A stretch of 63,718 nucleotides of DNA, counting the filler, from Olpidium bornovanus S191 (taxonomy: Eukaryota > Fungi > Olpidiomycota): NCBI GenBank assembly GCA_017911155.1. It is 28 parts of 28 records of this genome, joined end to end, with 100 filler letters (N's around TTAATTAATTAA, not from the genome) between each part and the next. Parts side by side here need not be neighbours in the genome. Positions count along the whole stretch, not along the records: positions 12,422 to 15,362 come from JAEFCI010009683.1; positions 15,463 to 17,975 come from JAEFCI010008451.1; positions 18,076 to 21,785 come from JAEFCI010006805.1; positions 21,886 to 23,638 come from JAEFCI010011129.1; positions 23,739 to 27,755 come from JAEFCI010003157.1; 23 more parts are not named here. The stretch is one strand, 5' to 3'. The translations under genes were made by a program, and so were the position numbers. Shown here one piece after another: positions 12,539-24,521 of this stretch. Position 1 is the first letter of the stretch. Each line of letters starts with the position of its first letter. The notes beneath the pieces were generated by a model. That model was not told the DNA's origin. It saw only the letters and a program-made list of their open reading frames with translations, and searched no databases.

Positions 12539-14163
12539 CATGTGGTCGAACGAGACCGAGTTTATGACCGCGAATTTGGCCAAGTCGTACTTGCATGGGA
12601 CGTAGTTCCCGTGCCAGGCGACGACGTCGAACGGCGAGTGGTCCTGCTTGGCCGCAAACAGCCTGCCGATGAACTTGGTCACGACAGTGAACTCGCAGTC
12701 ACGGTCCTCGAACCAGGCGGTCGGCGAGAGAAAGTGCCTCGGGTCGGCGAGCCCGTTGGCGCCGATGGGGCCCAGGTCGGGCAGCTCGAAGTGGTTTCCG
12801 AACACCTCGAGGATGTACCCGCGGCTGAAAAATAGCACGGGTTTTTCCTTTTGTTAGGGCACCATTTCACCCTCCCCCCCCCCCCCCCCCCGGCCGGCCG
12901 GCAGGGTGACCGCAATCGGGTGACGACCGAGGGCGCACCTCCCGCCGTCGGGCAGCGCAACGCTGAACCGGATGCCTCTCTGCACGATGCAGATCTCGTT
13001 GTTCTCCACTCGCAGGCGCCCAAATTCGGTGGTAATCAAGATCGTCCCCTCCTGGGGAACTTTAAAAAACAAGGGAAACGGAGATCGCACGGGGAAACGG
13101 AGATCGCACGGGTGGTGGTGTGGTCCGCAAAAAAAAAAAAAAAAAAAAAAAAAAGGGTTCGTCCACGTGAATACGGCCGACCGTCGTTAACAAAACCGCG
13201 ACGCCCCGCGGATGAAGCACCGACCGATCAAGAAGTCCCCGTCCGCGTTGCAGAAGGCCGAGTCCGTCATGTCCTTGTTGGCCAAGTACACGTGGATGGC
13301 GAGGCCGGACCGGATGGACGGGTCGCCGGTCCCTGCGATGGTGTGAAGGCCGTCGACGAAATCGCAGCCTTTGCCGCTTCCCGCGGGGATGTCAAAGGGC
13401 GACCAGCGGAGCTGCTGAGGGACGACGTGGCAGTTCGAGGGTCCGAAGACGCCTACGACGTCCGGGCGGTCCAGCGGCTGAAACGGGGAGTGGCCCGTGG
13501 ACGGACGGATGCGGTAGAGCCAGCTGCAAAGCAAAGATAATGAGGAGTCCGAAAAAAAAATATCCCCACGGCGAGGTCACAAGAGTGCGGGGAAGGGCGT
13601 GTCGGAGTGATCAGAAAGGGTTTTTGGCTTCCCCCCACAAAATCGACTCTTCCCCCCCATCCTCGCTCCCGATCGCAGCGTTTTAACCTCCGTTGGTTCT
13701 CCTTTCTGGGCGCCGTGAAGGCGGTCCCCGAGAGCTGCTCCGCGTAAAGCCCGTAGGGGCATTTCTGTTACGGAAGCGAGGACGAAAAATCCCGCCACAC
13801 ACACCCCCACCCCCGAGGCGCGACGTGGCGGACGAACGTCAGCGACGCGGATCGCGCCCCCCTGTCCCCGGGCGGCTGTCAGAAAAATCCGTGAAAGGCG
13901 AACGCTTGGACGCGATGGCTCCCCGGCGCGGGGCCCATTTCATGTCCCGTTCCGGGGGGGGGGGGTGAAAGCCCCCGGGTGGGGCGGAAGAGAAAGTCTG
14001 GGACGTCGGGGAAGGCGCCAAAGCGTTTCGTCCGAGGAGGGGGGGGGCCTTTTTTCCCGCGCACCTGCGGCGTGTTCTGGTTCAGCGGCAGCGCGCCCGG
14101 GAGCGCCTCGCTCCTCAGGGCGTTGCCGAATCCCTCGAGGCACTCGAAGCCGCCGTCCTTCAT
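12539..14163 (-). CDS. HGD: Homogentisate 1,2-dioxygenase, 5' part
   Basis: [93 protein letters not shown]. Confidence 0.96.
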
Positions 14164-14958
14164 CGCGAGCTTGGCCCGGCCCGGAAAGGTGTGGCGGTTG
14201 CCGTGGGCTGTGTGGGGAGGGTCGGTTTTGCGTTTCCCCGACCGCTCTCTGGCCCCTTTTCTTCCCTTCCGGCCGCCGCCTGAAATTCCAGCGGCGCGCG
14301 GCGCAGGAAAAGAAAAAACTCTGAATCTACCATTGATCATTGATTATATGACCCCCGCCGCCGAAGCGGCTTTCGCCCGCCGGCGCCTCCGGTCCCGCCC
14401 GCTCCGCCTCCCCGACGTGAAGGCGCCAGGACCCTCCTCCCCCACTCCCCCTTTCCCAGACCCCGCCAATGTGTGTCCCTTGCGGGCGGAAGTCACGGAA
14501 CGCCTGAAATTAGCGAAACGCTTTGCACTCCGGCAGAGTTGGATCCTGCCGACAACCGTCCCCTTTCATCATGCGGCCGACGGGCGTATTTTGTTTCCGG
14601 AACAATCGAATTACGGGCTGTCGCAGTGTTTCCCCTGCGAGGCAGCGGCTTTGGTATTATCTCCCCCCCCCCCCCCCCCCCCCCCGCTTCCCGGTCCTAC
14701 CCCCAGGTTGTCCACCCTCGCGCGCGCGACAGAGAATTCATCACAGCGGAGATCGTGTCGCGACGTCTTCCTAAAACGGCGCGCGCCGGGACTCCGTTGG
14801 CCCAGATGAGGACAAACAAGAACGCGTAAAAAGTGTACGGACGACCAGGTAGAGGCGCTCAGGATGGTGGCGGCCACGGCCGTGCTGGCGCGTCCGGGAA
14901 GTAATAAAAAAAATAAAAAAAAGAAAATGAAAAAGAATAAACTGCTTTGCGGAAAAGT

Positions 14959-15336
14959 TCAGTAGAGGTTGGTCTGGAAAGAAGGTGTTCAGGGACCGGA
15001 GATGCGCGCACGGGGTCAGCCAGCAAGCCGGTATCGTCCAAACGGGATACGCGTTTACCCTCGGAAATGTGCGAACGCCGCCCCCAGTGACTCTCAGGGT
15101 CGCGGTGGGGGGGGGGGGCGAACCTTTTTCATAATGCGCAAAAACTCCTCTTCGTTGACCTCGCCGTCACCGTCCTTGTCGGCCTCGTCTATCATCTCCT
15201 GGAGCTCCTCGTCGGTGAGGTTCTCGCCGAGTTCCTTGGCGACGCGCTTCAGGTTCTTGAAGGAGATTTTGCCGGTTTCGTCGTCGTCGAACAAACGGAA
15301 GGCCTTGAGGATCTCCTCGCGAGAGTCGCGCTCCCC
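14959..15336 (-). CDS. CETN2: Centrin/caltractin (CETN1/2 type), C-terminal EF-hands
   Basis: [71 protein letters not shown], then a final exon TNLY*. Confidence 0.93.
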
Positions 15337-15521
15337 CTTTTGGTGTCACGGCAGGCCCGGGGNNNNNNNNNNNNNNNNNNNNNNNNNNNNNNNNNNNNNN
15401 NNNNNNTTAATTAATTAANNNNNNNNNNNNNNNNNNNNNNNNNNNNNNNNNNNNNNNNNNNNCATGTAGTGGCGACAGAGCCGTAATTTTGCGGACTTAC
15501 CACCACGCTGAGGCTGTCGGA

Positions 15522-15634
15522 ATATTGCGGAATATTTCAGAGCCCGACGCCAGTACTGGCGCTGCAATACCGGATATTGCAGAATATTTCTGAGCCTGAT
15601 GCCAGTACTGGGGCCGCAATACTGGATATTGCGC
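15522..15634. repeat. About 2.2 tandem copies of a 51-52 bp palindrome-rich unit
   Basis: ATATTGC.GAATATTTC.GAGCC.GA.GCCAGTACTGG..GCAATAC.GG with units starting at 15522, 15574 and 15625. Confidence 0.85.
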
Positions 15635-16194
15635 ACCAGCACAGTATTGCGCACTGGTACGCACAGCACTACCAGCAGTAGACCACGCCTATATGAAGCG
15701 CCTATGTTCTCCATACTTTTAGACGTAGAGAAAAGCATTAGATAGCTAGTTCACTCCAGAATTCCAGATCCAGACCCAGATTCCAGAGCTAGACCTGTGA
15801 AATACAATCTCCAGACCGCTGTGGAGGTTTTATCGGCGGTGTGTCGGCGCCCGCAGGGGGATGTGGCCCTACCGGTGTTGTGCTAGTTTTGTACTTAAAT
15901 CGGAAAGGCGGAGTCGGCCGTTAAGCCCCAGGGCTTCTCCAAGGCGGAAGTCAGATGGTTGGAGGGGGGGAGGGGGGCAAACGGATTCTCGGTCCTATTC
16001 TCTCTCCCTCTCTCTCTCCCTCTCCATCCCCCTTGCTCGAACGCCCCGGGTGATCCGCCGGCTCTGTTCGGTTCTTTTTTTTGTCTATGGGTTTATTCTA
16101 TGGGACGGACTGCAGGGCCCGCGCGGCTCCCAAATGCGTCTTCCTCGCCCCCGCCCAGACGCGTTGAATTGCGCAGCTTACTGGCCGCGTCATT

Positions 16195-16222
16195 CCCCCC
16201 CCCCCCCCCCCCCCCCCCCCCC

Positions 16223-16268
<46 letters not shown>

Positions 16269-16271
16269 CTC

Positions 16272-16304
<33 letters not shown>
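16195..16304. repeat. Interrupted poly-C tract (~110 nt)
   Basis: Directly visible. Longest of many C/G and A/T homopolymers in the window. Confidence 0.9.
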
Positions 16305-16305
<1 letters not shown>

Positions 16306-16639
16306 TGGCCAACAGTCTCCTACTCGGCATTTCGTCTCCCCTCCCTGCTAACTCGTCGAATGTACTCGCTTCCTCATGGAAGTACCGCGCCGGGTGGCCC
16401 TAGTCTCGGCGCATGCCGGAGCACAGCTAGTCCCTTCCATCTTAACTGGCGCTAATTCCCGCAGCTCCTTCTTGACTCCCTCCTTTGTCGACCTCCCTCC
16501 ATCCGCCCACCTTGCGCTGCTTGTTGCGCCTTCCGTGACTGAAATTTTACCACACCGGCGCTGAGACGTGTATACTCAAGTACCAGTACACGCGGAAAGA
16601 GCGGTTTATCGATGGACGCGTGTGGGGGTGCTGAGTATC

Positions 16640-17975
16640 AGTGGGAGACGACGACCGAGGACGGAGGGCACCCGAAGGGAAAGAACCTTTTTGGAAAGAG
16701 GGCAGGGGGTAGCTTTTTTAACCGAGGGGGGGTGGGGGGGGGGGCGAGCCCGTTTACAACATGGCCGATTGAGTTTGTACCTCCTTGCGGGCAGACGGCC
16801 ATTCGTAACCGATTGGAGTCTGCATCGACGTAAGTTCTCATGAAGTTCCAGCTGGAACTGATCGTATCCTGAGTATAGGTCTGTCATGCTGTAGATAGCC
16901 CACCCTGCGAATTCATCAACAAACTCTTTGATCAAGGGGGCGATTCCCAAATTTCGGATTGTGACCTTGTTCGCTGGAGTTCCAGCAGCTGATTGTAGTG
17001 CACGCGAGGGACTGGTAACGGTTTAGTTTCCATGTCACGTTGTGGAAGGAAAACCGGGCCAAGCCCCTGGGGGCCGCCCTGCCGGCGGTGGAGGCGCGCC
17101 GGAAAAGGGGGGGATCGTACTTTGGTGAGCAACACGAGCTTTGCGACAAGGGGGCAGGACGACGCGTGGAGGCAGAGGGTTTTGTAATTAAAGTAGATTA
17201 CGCGTAGAGCCCAGCCCCACTCGTGCACAAATTCCCAACGCCGTATCCGTCACACACACACACCGCACCATCCACTCTCCGCCGAGGAGAACCCCCCCCC
17301 CGCCACCGAGGCGAGACTTCGTTTAAAGAAAAAGAATAATGTTGCATTTGGACCCTGTACTCGCTGCCGAGGCGAGTCATTTCAGAGTAGACCCCGGTGT
17401 ATTCGGACTCCATTTTGAGCTGCCGCCGAGGCATAGAAAGAAGAGAACGAAGAGAAAAAGGGGAGACAAACAAACACCCAACCTTAGCTCCCCAACGGTC
17501 GTTGAAAGAAACTGCCTTTGGGTCAAGGTGAGCCGTTCTTGCCTACAACGTGCAGACTGGTGAAGAGAGCAAGTGGCACCACGACTTTGGGGTCATTGCA
17601 ACCGATCTCATTGTCTGTGAAGGCAAACACTTTCCCGTGTCGCGAAATCATTTCCTTAAATTCTTTGTGTTTTCCCGCATCTGTAAGCCATCATTACCGA
17701 TCTGGAGCTGGTCGAGTGTTTCGGTTGTGAACGTGCGAGCGATGGTGGCGGGGTCTTGGAGTGGGGTTTCGAGTTTTGCCCTCTCTACCCTTTCGCAGGC
17801 ATTGGTCAGTAGCGGCACTGCAGCCGGGCGGACCTTCTTATCAATGGTCTTGTACATGGTGTCACATCGCGCGTTTATCGACAAACCACTGAGTTCTGCA
17901 TCGAAGCTTTGATGGAAGGTTCATCGCTTCAGTGGTGACGGATTGAAGGGGACATCGTCACCGTTTGGATCAAAC
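16640..17975 (-). mobile_element. Degenerate Ty3/Gypsy LTR retrotransposon pol (pre-RT linker and reverse transcriptase)
   Basis: Frame-broken motifs YKTIDKKVRPAAVP, GKVFAFTDNEIGCNDPKVVVP, EFAGWAIYSMTDLYSGYDQFQL and PQGGTNSIGHVVNGL. Stops and frameshifts throughout. Confidence 0.8.
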
Positions 17976-18793
17976 NNNNNNNNNNNNNNNNNNNNNNNNN
18001 NNNNNNNNNNNNNNNNNNNTTAATTAATTAANNNNNNNNNNNNNNNNNNNNNNNNNNNNNNNNNNNNNNNNNNNNCAAACATCTGCATTGCCACTTAACA
18101 ACTAGATAATACTTGCCCCCTCATACTGGAGTGGTTATATTCACTTAGAGCGCGTCGGGGCATCATTCTCTCTATGCATACGTATACTAGCATGCATTCC
18201 TCTACTACCATATTTTTTATATCAAATCTCCGAAAAATTTTGCATTCTAATAGGAAAAGGTTGAGTTCGCACGACTACTGCACTAAATTTCTTCGTTGCA
18301 CATTGGCAAAGATCTCGTCCCGGAATCAGATTGGCTCCTCGGCGCGTGGAAGTTGGTCGGGCATGCAATTGCCCGCGGTCTACCCGCCTATGCGTACCGT
18401 CACTTTCCCAAATCTTCAAACTGCTTCCCAATTAGCGGAGGCGCGGCCTCCGAGTCGAAAGGTATGACGGGCGAACAAATCAGGCCTCGCAAATCACACC
18501 ACCCTACTATCATAACAACCCCGGAAACATTCGACCTCGCCCAGCAGCACCATATGACAAAGTACACTTCGGCCGTCGTCCGTCAAACCGCCGCTCACTC
18601 AAGGCAGCGCGAAACGGACTGCCGCAAAACAAAACGATACGGCGGCGTTGCGGACGCTCCCACGACCACGCTCGCAACTCACCGTCGCAAGACAGAAAAC
18701 CCGCCGCTGTGGTCGCGACGCTCCAGCCACTTAACATATCGTTGCCGAGTTCCGCAACCAGGCGAAATTGGCTGCAAATTCTCACGGTCTCCG

Positions 18794-19097
18794 CTATCCC
18801 GCTAAATACCACAACGCCACGATCTGCAACACTGCGGCCATGAACAAAATTTGTACCCGTCTCCGCCGCTCGGGACCCTCGAAAGGCGAGGGCGAAATGG
18901 GCCTCGGATGTCCGGAGAAAGTGGCGTTTACTGGTGGAGGTGCCCCCGGACCTCTGGCGGCCAGCGGGACCGACATGACTGCGTTACGCAAAGAACGCAA
19001 CAGGAAGAACCCACAGGAAAGGCCGCTGTACAGCAGCGCGACGTGGGTCGGCCACCCCGGTAACACGAAGCGGACTAATAAGATGACTATTGCTCTA

Positions 19098-19132
<35 letters not shown>

Positions 19133-20522
19133 CAACGGGGTGAAAATTTTGAAAATCCGGTAAAAATGAGTGATGACCCTGAAACTGACAAAGACGAAAC
19201 GTGGACGATCGATGCAAAACGGTAACTTACCCGACGAACTTATAACCGTAGAACGACAGCAGATCCGCTAGTGGCAGCTCCGCGGTAATGTTCCAGAGGT
19301 AGCAAAGAAACTTGAGGAGCAATACTTCCAAAATCACGACAATAATCGCAGTCGATGCCGTAAACCACAAGTGGTCAGGGTGGAACCTGGTATAAACCAG
19401 CGAAATTTTTCGACGTGGCTCAGCATGATTCCGATGACAGCATAAGCCCAGAAAGGTTGCCCCGTCCGAGTTATCCCGCTCACTTGGACTGGCGGCCGAG
19501 GGCGACGCCGACCAAAAGCACGTAAGTGGCGAATGCCATCGCTATTGCACATGAGGCGCATCTTATAAACGAGACGAGATAACGAACGCAAATCTGACAT
19601 CTTCAAACGAAAGGCCCGCCCTGCTTACTGGGGATGTAGAGGTCCGGCGAGTTCAAATCATCCCGCGGTGGTCGCCAGCCTTCAGGCCGCCCGCCATGCG
19701 CCGTGCGTTTTGGTAGCCGGGACCAAGTCTGCGAAAGTAGATGCAATACAAAAAAAAAAAAAAAAAAAAAAGATTGACCAAGTTCGAGGGAGGTATCGGC
19801 GGGGAGCGCGCAGCCAGCCAAACCGGTCTCGCAAGTCTGGACCGAGGAGGTAGTCTTGGTCCCGGCCCTCACCTTGTGTTTCCAGGGCCAAAGCAACAAC
19901 CTCAATTTCCGTAGGACATACATGTTACTGACGCTGAAATGGTGTCTGAGCGATGCAACGTCCACAAATCTGCTAAGCTGAGAGCAGTTTGCAAATAAAA
20001 CAGGGGTCCATGAGACAGGCTTCCCGTTTCTCCCAGGCCCAGAGGAGTCAAAAGGGCTGTCGCAGACCACTAGTTAATCGCCTCCCACAGCGCTGAAGAA
20101 GCGGGGGTGGGCTGCGGTCGCGACACGCCGGGTGGGTGCGGTAGGTGGGAGGGGACCGCTCCGATGGCCATCTCCGCAGTGCGGCTTGCCAAGGAAAGAA
20201 GGTAGCGGAGCAGTCAATAAGGACGCACGTTTTCCCCCACGTAGTGGCTCCCCGCGGACACGGCCCGTCGGCCGAACTGAACGCTCAGTTGGGCCGCGAC
20301 CGCTCCGTCACCCGCGAACAGCAGGTTGCCCGCAAGGTCTCCCGCTTTGTCGGCCGGCACGGCGCGTGACGTCGGCCGTGCGGCGGAGGCGGCGGCCGGC
20401 TGGCTCCAGCGGCGAGCAAGATCGCGCCCTCCTGCAACGCGACGGAGCCGGTCGCCGGCGCTGCCCGCCTCCGGCGCCTCCGGGGCCTCCGCCGCGGTTC
20501 GGGGGGAAGTGGCGTCGTCCAT
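18794..20522 (-). CDS. YIF1: Yif1 (Yip1-interacting ER-Golgi membrane protein), complete
   Basis: [91 protein letters not shown]. All exon phases are consistent. Confidence 0.93.
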
Positions 20523-20799
20523 GGGGATATTATCCGGGGGGTTTGGATTTCCCCGTTGGGCGTAAATCATGCAGAAAACGTGGAAAAGTCGTGGGAAAAA
20601 AAGGTGCAGAGGTGCAGAGCAGCCGACAGGTCACGAAGCTACCGGGTAATCAGCGATCACTTCACGAGTGGCATCATGATTAATCCTGCTTGGCCTAATC
20701 AGATGTCCCAAGGCTAAGGAGTCCCCAGCAACCAAAAAGGCACCTTGCGGATCTTTGGTGGGAACAGGTCTATTAGCACACGCATGTCTGGGCGAGTTC

Positions 20800-21042
20800 C
20801 AACCAAAAGAGTCCCGCAGGAGTTGCAGACCACATCAAAAGTGGTCCTCACGGAGGTTTCGAAAAATTAAAAAAAATATTGAATACCCGACCCACGACAA
20901 TTCGGATGGCCTTGGTTTCTCGAAACCCAAAGAGCCCCGCAGGAGGCGAACATTCAACCAAAAGAGTCTCGCAGGAGATGCAGACTACATCAAAAGTGGT
21001 CCCCACGGAGGTTTCGAAAAATTCAGAAATAATTGAATTCCC
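20800..21042. repeat. Imperfect direct repeat, 2 copies of ~88 bp about 155 bp apart
   Basis: CAACCAAAAGAGTC.CGCAGGAG.TGCAGAC.ACATCAAAAGTGGTCC.CACGGAGGTTTCGAAAAATT at about 20800 and 20955. A partial third copy lies near 20927. Confidence 0.85.
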
Positions 21043-22389
21043 GCCTGGATTAGCAGAACAATAAAACTTTCAACGTCGAATCCACTCGTTTTTCCCTGAT
21101 TTTGTGACACATTTCAGGCTGCGTTTCACACAGGGGACCGCTAGCTTTTTGGGGGATTTGCAAATATTGGTTCAATCGGGTAGGAATTCCAGGCACGACG
21201 GACCTATTTCTCGCAACACAATGCACCAGTCTCTCGCCAGCTCCGACCCTTTGACCAGCAGCAGCAATTTCGACCGTGTGCTACATTGCCATGTCCTTCC
21301 CTTTGCTCTCCCATCGAGCCGTTCGCGTACTTCCATTTCCACCCCCTGCGCATACATCATATATATCCCGCTGAAAACACCAACCCAGTCGCACCGCGAA
21401 CAACGCCCTGCAAAGAAAGAACACGTCTAAACCAAACAATACCCAACCAATGTCCAAAAGTCGCAGATGACGATGATTCAAGAAATCGCAAAAGCATTAA
21501 TCTCCCAATGAGCTTCTCACATTCGCTGACCCGAAAATGGTTCTCAATTTATTCACACAGGCTAAAAGTGGGAAATTTAGTGAAACGCGCACACACCGAC
21601 CTGCGACAAATCTTCCTTCCCAACCTGGAATTAGCAGCTTTGTGCTGCCAGCATTACAGATTTCCATGGAGGCCTTTGTATTTGCCTTCCAACGGGATCG
21701 TACCCACACCTGAAATTTCAATGGGTTCCTTGGGCTTGCTGTCTGCGCAAATTCAAAAGACCGCGTTATCGGCACGCTAAATTCANNNNNNNNNNNNNNN
21801 NNNNNNNNNNNNNNNNNNNNNNNNNNNNNTTAATTAATTAANNNNNNNNNNNNNNNNNNNNNNNNNNNNNNNNNNNNNNNNNNNNAAAAAAAAAAAAAAA
21901 AAAAAAAAAAAAGAAAAAAATAATGGAGTAAGCCGACTTTGGGGCGGAACCGAACCGCTGCAATGGAGAAAAAAAAGAGTAAGATTTAGCAGAGTAAATG
22001 CATTTAGCAGAGCGGGGTTTCCTCAATGGTACGGGGCTAACCCTAACCCTTCCAAGCAGGGGCTGTGTTTTTAGTGCGGCTAGCTTTCCTCTAGTAGTTG
22101 TCGACCGCCCCTAGTAGTTAGTGTTGTCGTCGATCGCGCGGGACGCGGTTCTTCCGCGAATCTTCATACTGTAATGGACGCCTCCCTCGATGTTACAAGA
22201 CCCATCAATTAGCCACATAGCCATCGATGGGTTCCCCCGATCAATAGGGGGCCCAAGTACATAGAATTCCCTCCGGCACCATTTACAATAAACACAACGT
22301 CCTCTGACTCGCGCCACAACAATAATCTCTGGCCACCGGAACAAGGAACTTGACAGCGACGGCAGCGGAAAATATGAGGGAGTCATAGG

Positions 22390-23030
22390 GGCGCATACGA
22401 GTGTGCTGGCAAGGGCAGCGTCGAGGTCACCAACGAGGTTATCAACGGAGCCTTCAATGAGGACGGGGCCAGCGACGGCACCGGCGAGGTCACTGACAAG
22501 GTCACACCGACAGGGCTGCTGATGCGTCACAGACGAGGTCACCAGCGGCACCGGTGACGTCATTCAAGGTGCAATTGGTGAAGAGATCGGTAAGGCCACC
22601 GACAGGGCAACCGGTAAGGCCACCGATGAGGGCGCCGGTAAATTCACCGACAAAGTCACCGGTGAAGGCACTGACGAGATCAGTGGCACCGGTGAGAGCA
22701 GCTGTGAGGGCACTGACGAGATCAGTGGCACCGGTGAGAGCATCGGTGAGGGCACTGACGAGATCAGTGGCACCGGTGAGAGCATCGGTGAGGGCACCGA
22801 CGAGGCCTCTGATGGGGCAACCGATGGCACCAGGGAGGGCACCGGCGAGGTCGCCGACAGGGCCACCGGTGGTACCGGTGAGGGCACGGACGAAGCTACC
22901 AAGGAGGCCACCGACGGGGCCACCGTTGGCACCAGTAACGGCACCAACGAGGTCACCGACCAGGCCACCGATAATTGCACCAGAGGAGACCGATTGCACG
23001 CCGTACAAGACATTCATTGGTGAACTTCGA
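22390..23030 (-). pseudogene. Gly/Ala/Leu/Thr-rich amphipathic repeat protein (candidate surface or wall protein), frameshifted near 22505
   Basis: GGLVGDLVGAVTGANGGPVGGLLG..(ALTDALTGATDLVS)x3..; almost every codon in this frame ends in C/T. The same style continues in another frame (LVSDLAGAVAGPV..VDNLVGDLDAALA) after an apparent 2-nt GT insertion. Confidence 0.55.
22661..22803. repeat. 42-bp tandem repeat, about 3.3 copies
   Basis: GGCACTGACGAGATCAGTGGCACCGGTGAGAGCATCGGTGAG repeated. Confidence 0.95.
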
Positions 23031-23269
23031 AGCCCCACCATCGGCCACGATGGCCGCGAAAATAATCTCACTGTCATGATTGGCAACTGGAGGCGGTCAA
23101 TGGCCTCCACTCTTACAACTCCATGGTTTTGTGCACTCGTGGCGCTCTATCTCCCAAAGAGTGGTTCATGTTTGTCATTAGGCTTCACAAAGCGGCACGC
23201 GGGTTCTTGGCCGGGGGGGGAGGGGGCGGGAGCGGAGGCGGAGGCGATGGTGGACTCGGCGTCCTTTTT

Positions 23270-23302
<33 letters not shown>

Positions 23303-23462
23303 GGGGGGGGGGTTTTTTTTTCGCCCTTTTTCCTCATGATTTCCTCCGCCGCGTGACATGGCCCGGCAGCGAAGGGAGGCTGCTGCGGCGGGGGCCCTTT
23401 GGAAACACGCACGTACGGCCCGCGGGCTGCTGGCGACAACACCGTCGCCCCCCGAGAAAAGG

Positions 23463-23493
<31 letters not shown>

Positions 23494-24333
23494 CCCCGGC
23501 CCCCCCCCCCCCCCCCCCTCGATTTTCCTTTTTTTTCGATTTTTTTTGCCGGGTTCGCAGGATTCTCTCTCTTGCTCCCCTTTTTTTTTTTTTTTTGGGG
23601 GGGAAGGATTCGCGGGTTTCCTATTCTCTCTTTTTTTTNNNNNNNNNNNNNNNNNNNNNNNNNNNNNNNNNNNNNNNNNNNNTTAATTAATTAANNNNNN
23701 NNNNNNNNNNNNNNNNNNNNNNNNNNNNNNNNNNNNNNGCGTTAAGGGAAAAAAAAAAAAAGAAAAAAGAAAGAAAAAAAAAAATGCGGCGCCACTTGGT
23801 TAACAACCCCGATTTTGCAAGCCCCTTCCGTGCTACACCAGGAACGAAGCCAACATGCCCTCAAGCGGGATTCGCCGCGCTTGCGTCCGTGCGTCGAACT
23901 GGCTGCACGTATCGCCCTGGCCCCTTTTGATGATTCGGGCGCTGCCGCAGGAATGTCAACTTATTGGCAGCGACTTTAACTATTGCAAAAAGCAAACTTC
24001 AAAATCTTGCCTCAAAATGCACGTCGCGGTTCTATCAATTGCAAATTCTTTTCCCGGGGTCTCAGCGATTTTCGACCACTATAAAATCTGCTTCGGGACA
24101 ACGCTCAAAAGCCCGCTACGAAATTTTGCTCGGGGGAAAAAAAAAAAAGAAAAAAAAAAGCACGAACGTATGGAAACAGGAGCGACATTTTCCCCCAATC
24201 CTTAAAATCACCTGGAAGGACGCTCACGGCCGTTATAATCCGAACGCGATGTATCCCGTGGTTTTTGGTTTTTTTTTTTGGGAGTCCTGCTTCTTTCTCT
24301 CGATGAGCGAAGCCGCGCTGCTCCCGCGGTCTT

Positions 24334-24382
<49 letters not shown>

Positions 24383-24521
24383 CGTCATCTCGCAGCGTCC
24401 CGCCCTTTTTCCCTCCTTCCCCACCTCTTCCCCCACATCCCACCCCCCACTCTCGCCAGCAGGAAAATAAAAAAAAAGAGAAAGTAAAAAAAAAAAAAAA
24501 AAAAAGGCGAAGCCGGCGACG

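Noticed and set aside
15470-15480. TGGCGACAGAG as a retroviral-type PBS
   Set aside because: It lies before rather than after the candidate LTR and on the opposite strand to the Gypsy pol.
22037-22050. Telomere-like CTAACCCTAACCCT
   Set aside because: Only about two units, internal to the contig, so compatible with chance.
22554-23339. Plus-strand mucin-like PTRSPT ORF
   Set aside because: Third-position bias (C/T-ending codons) favours the minus-strand Gly/Ala frame. The plus frame then runs into poly-T sequence.
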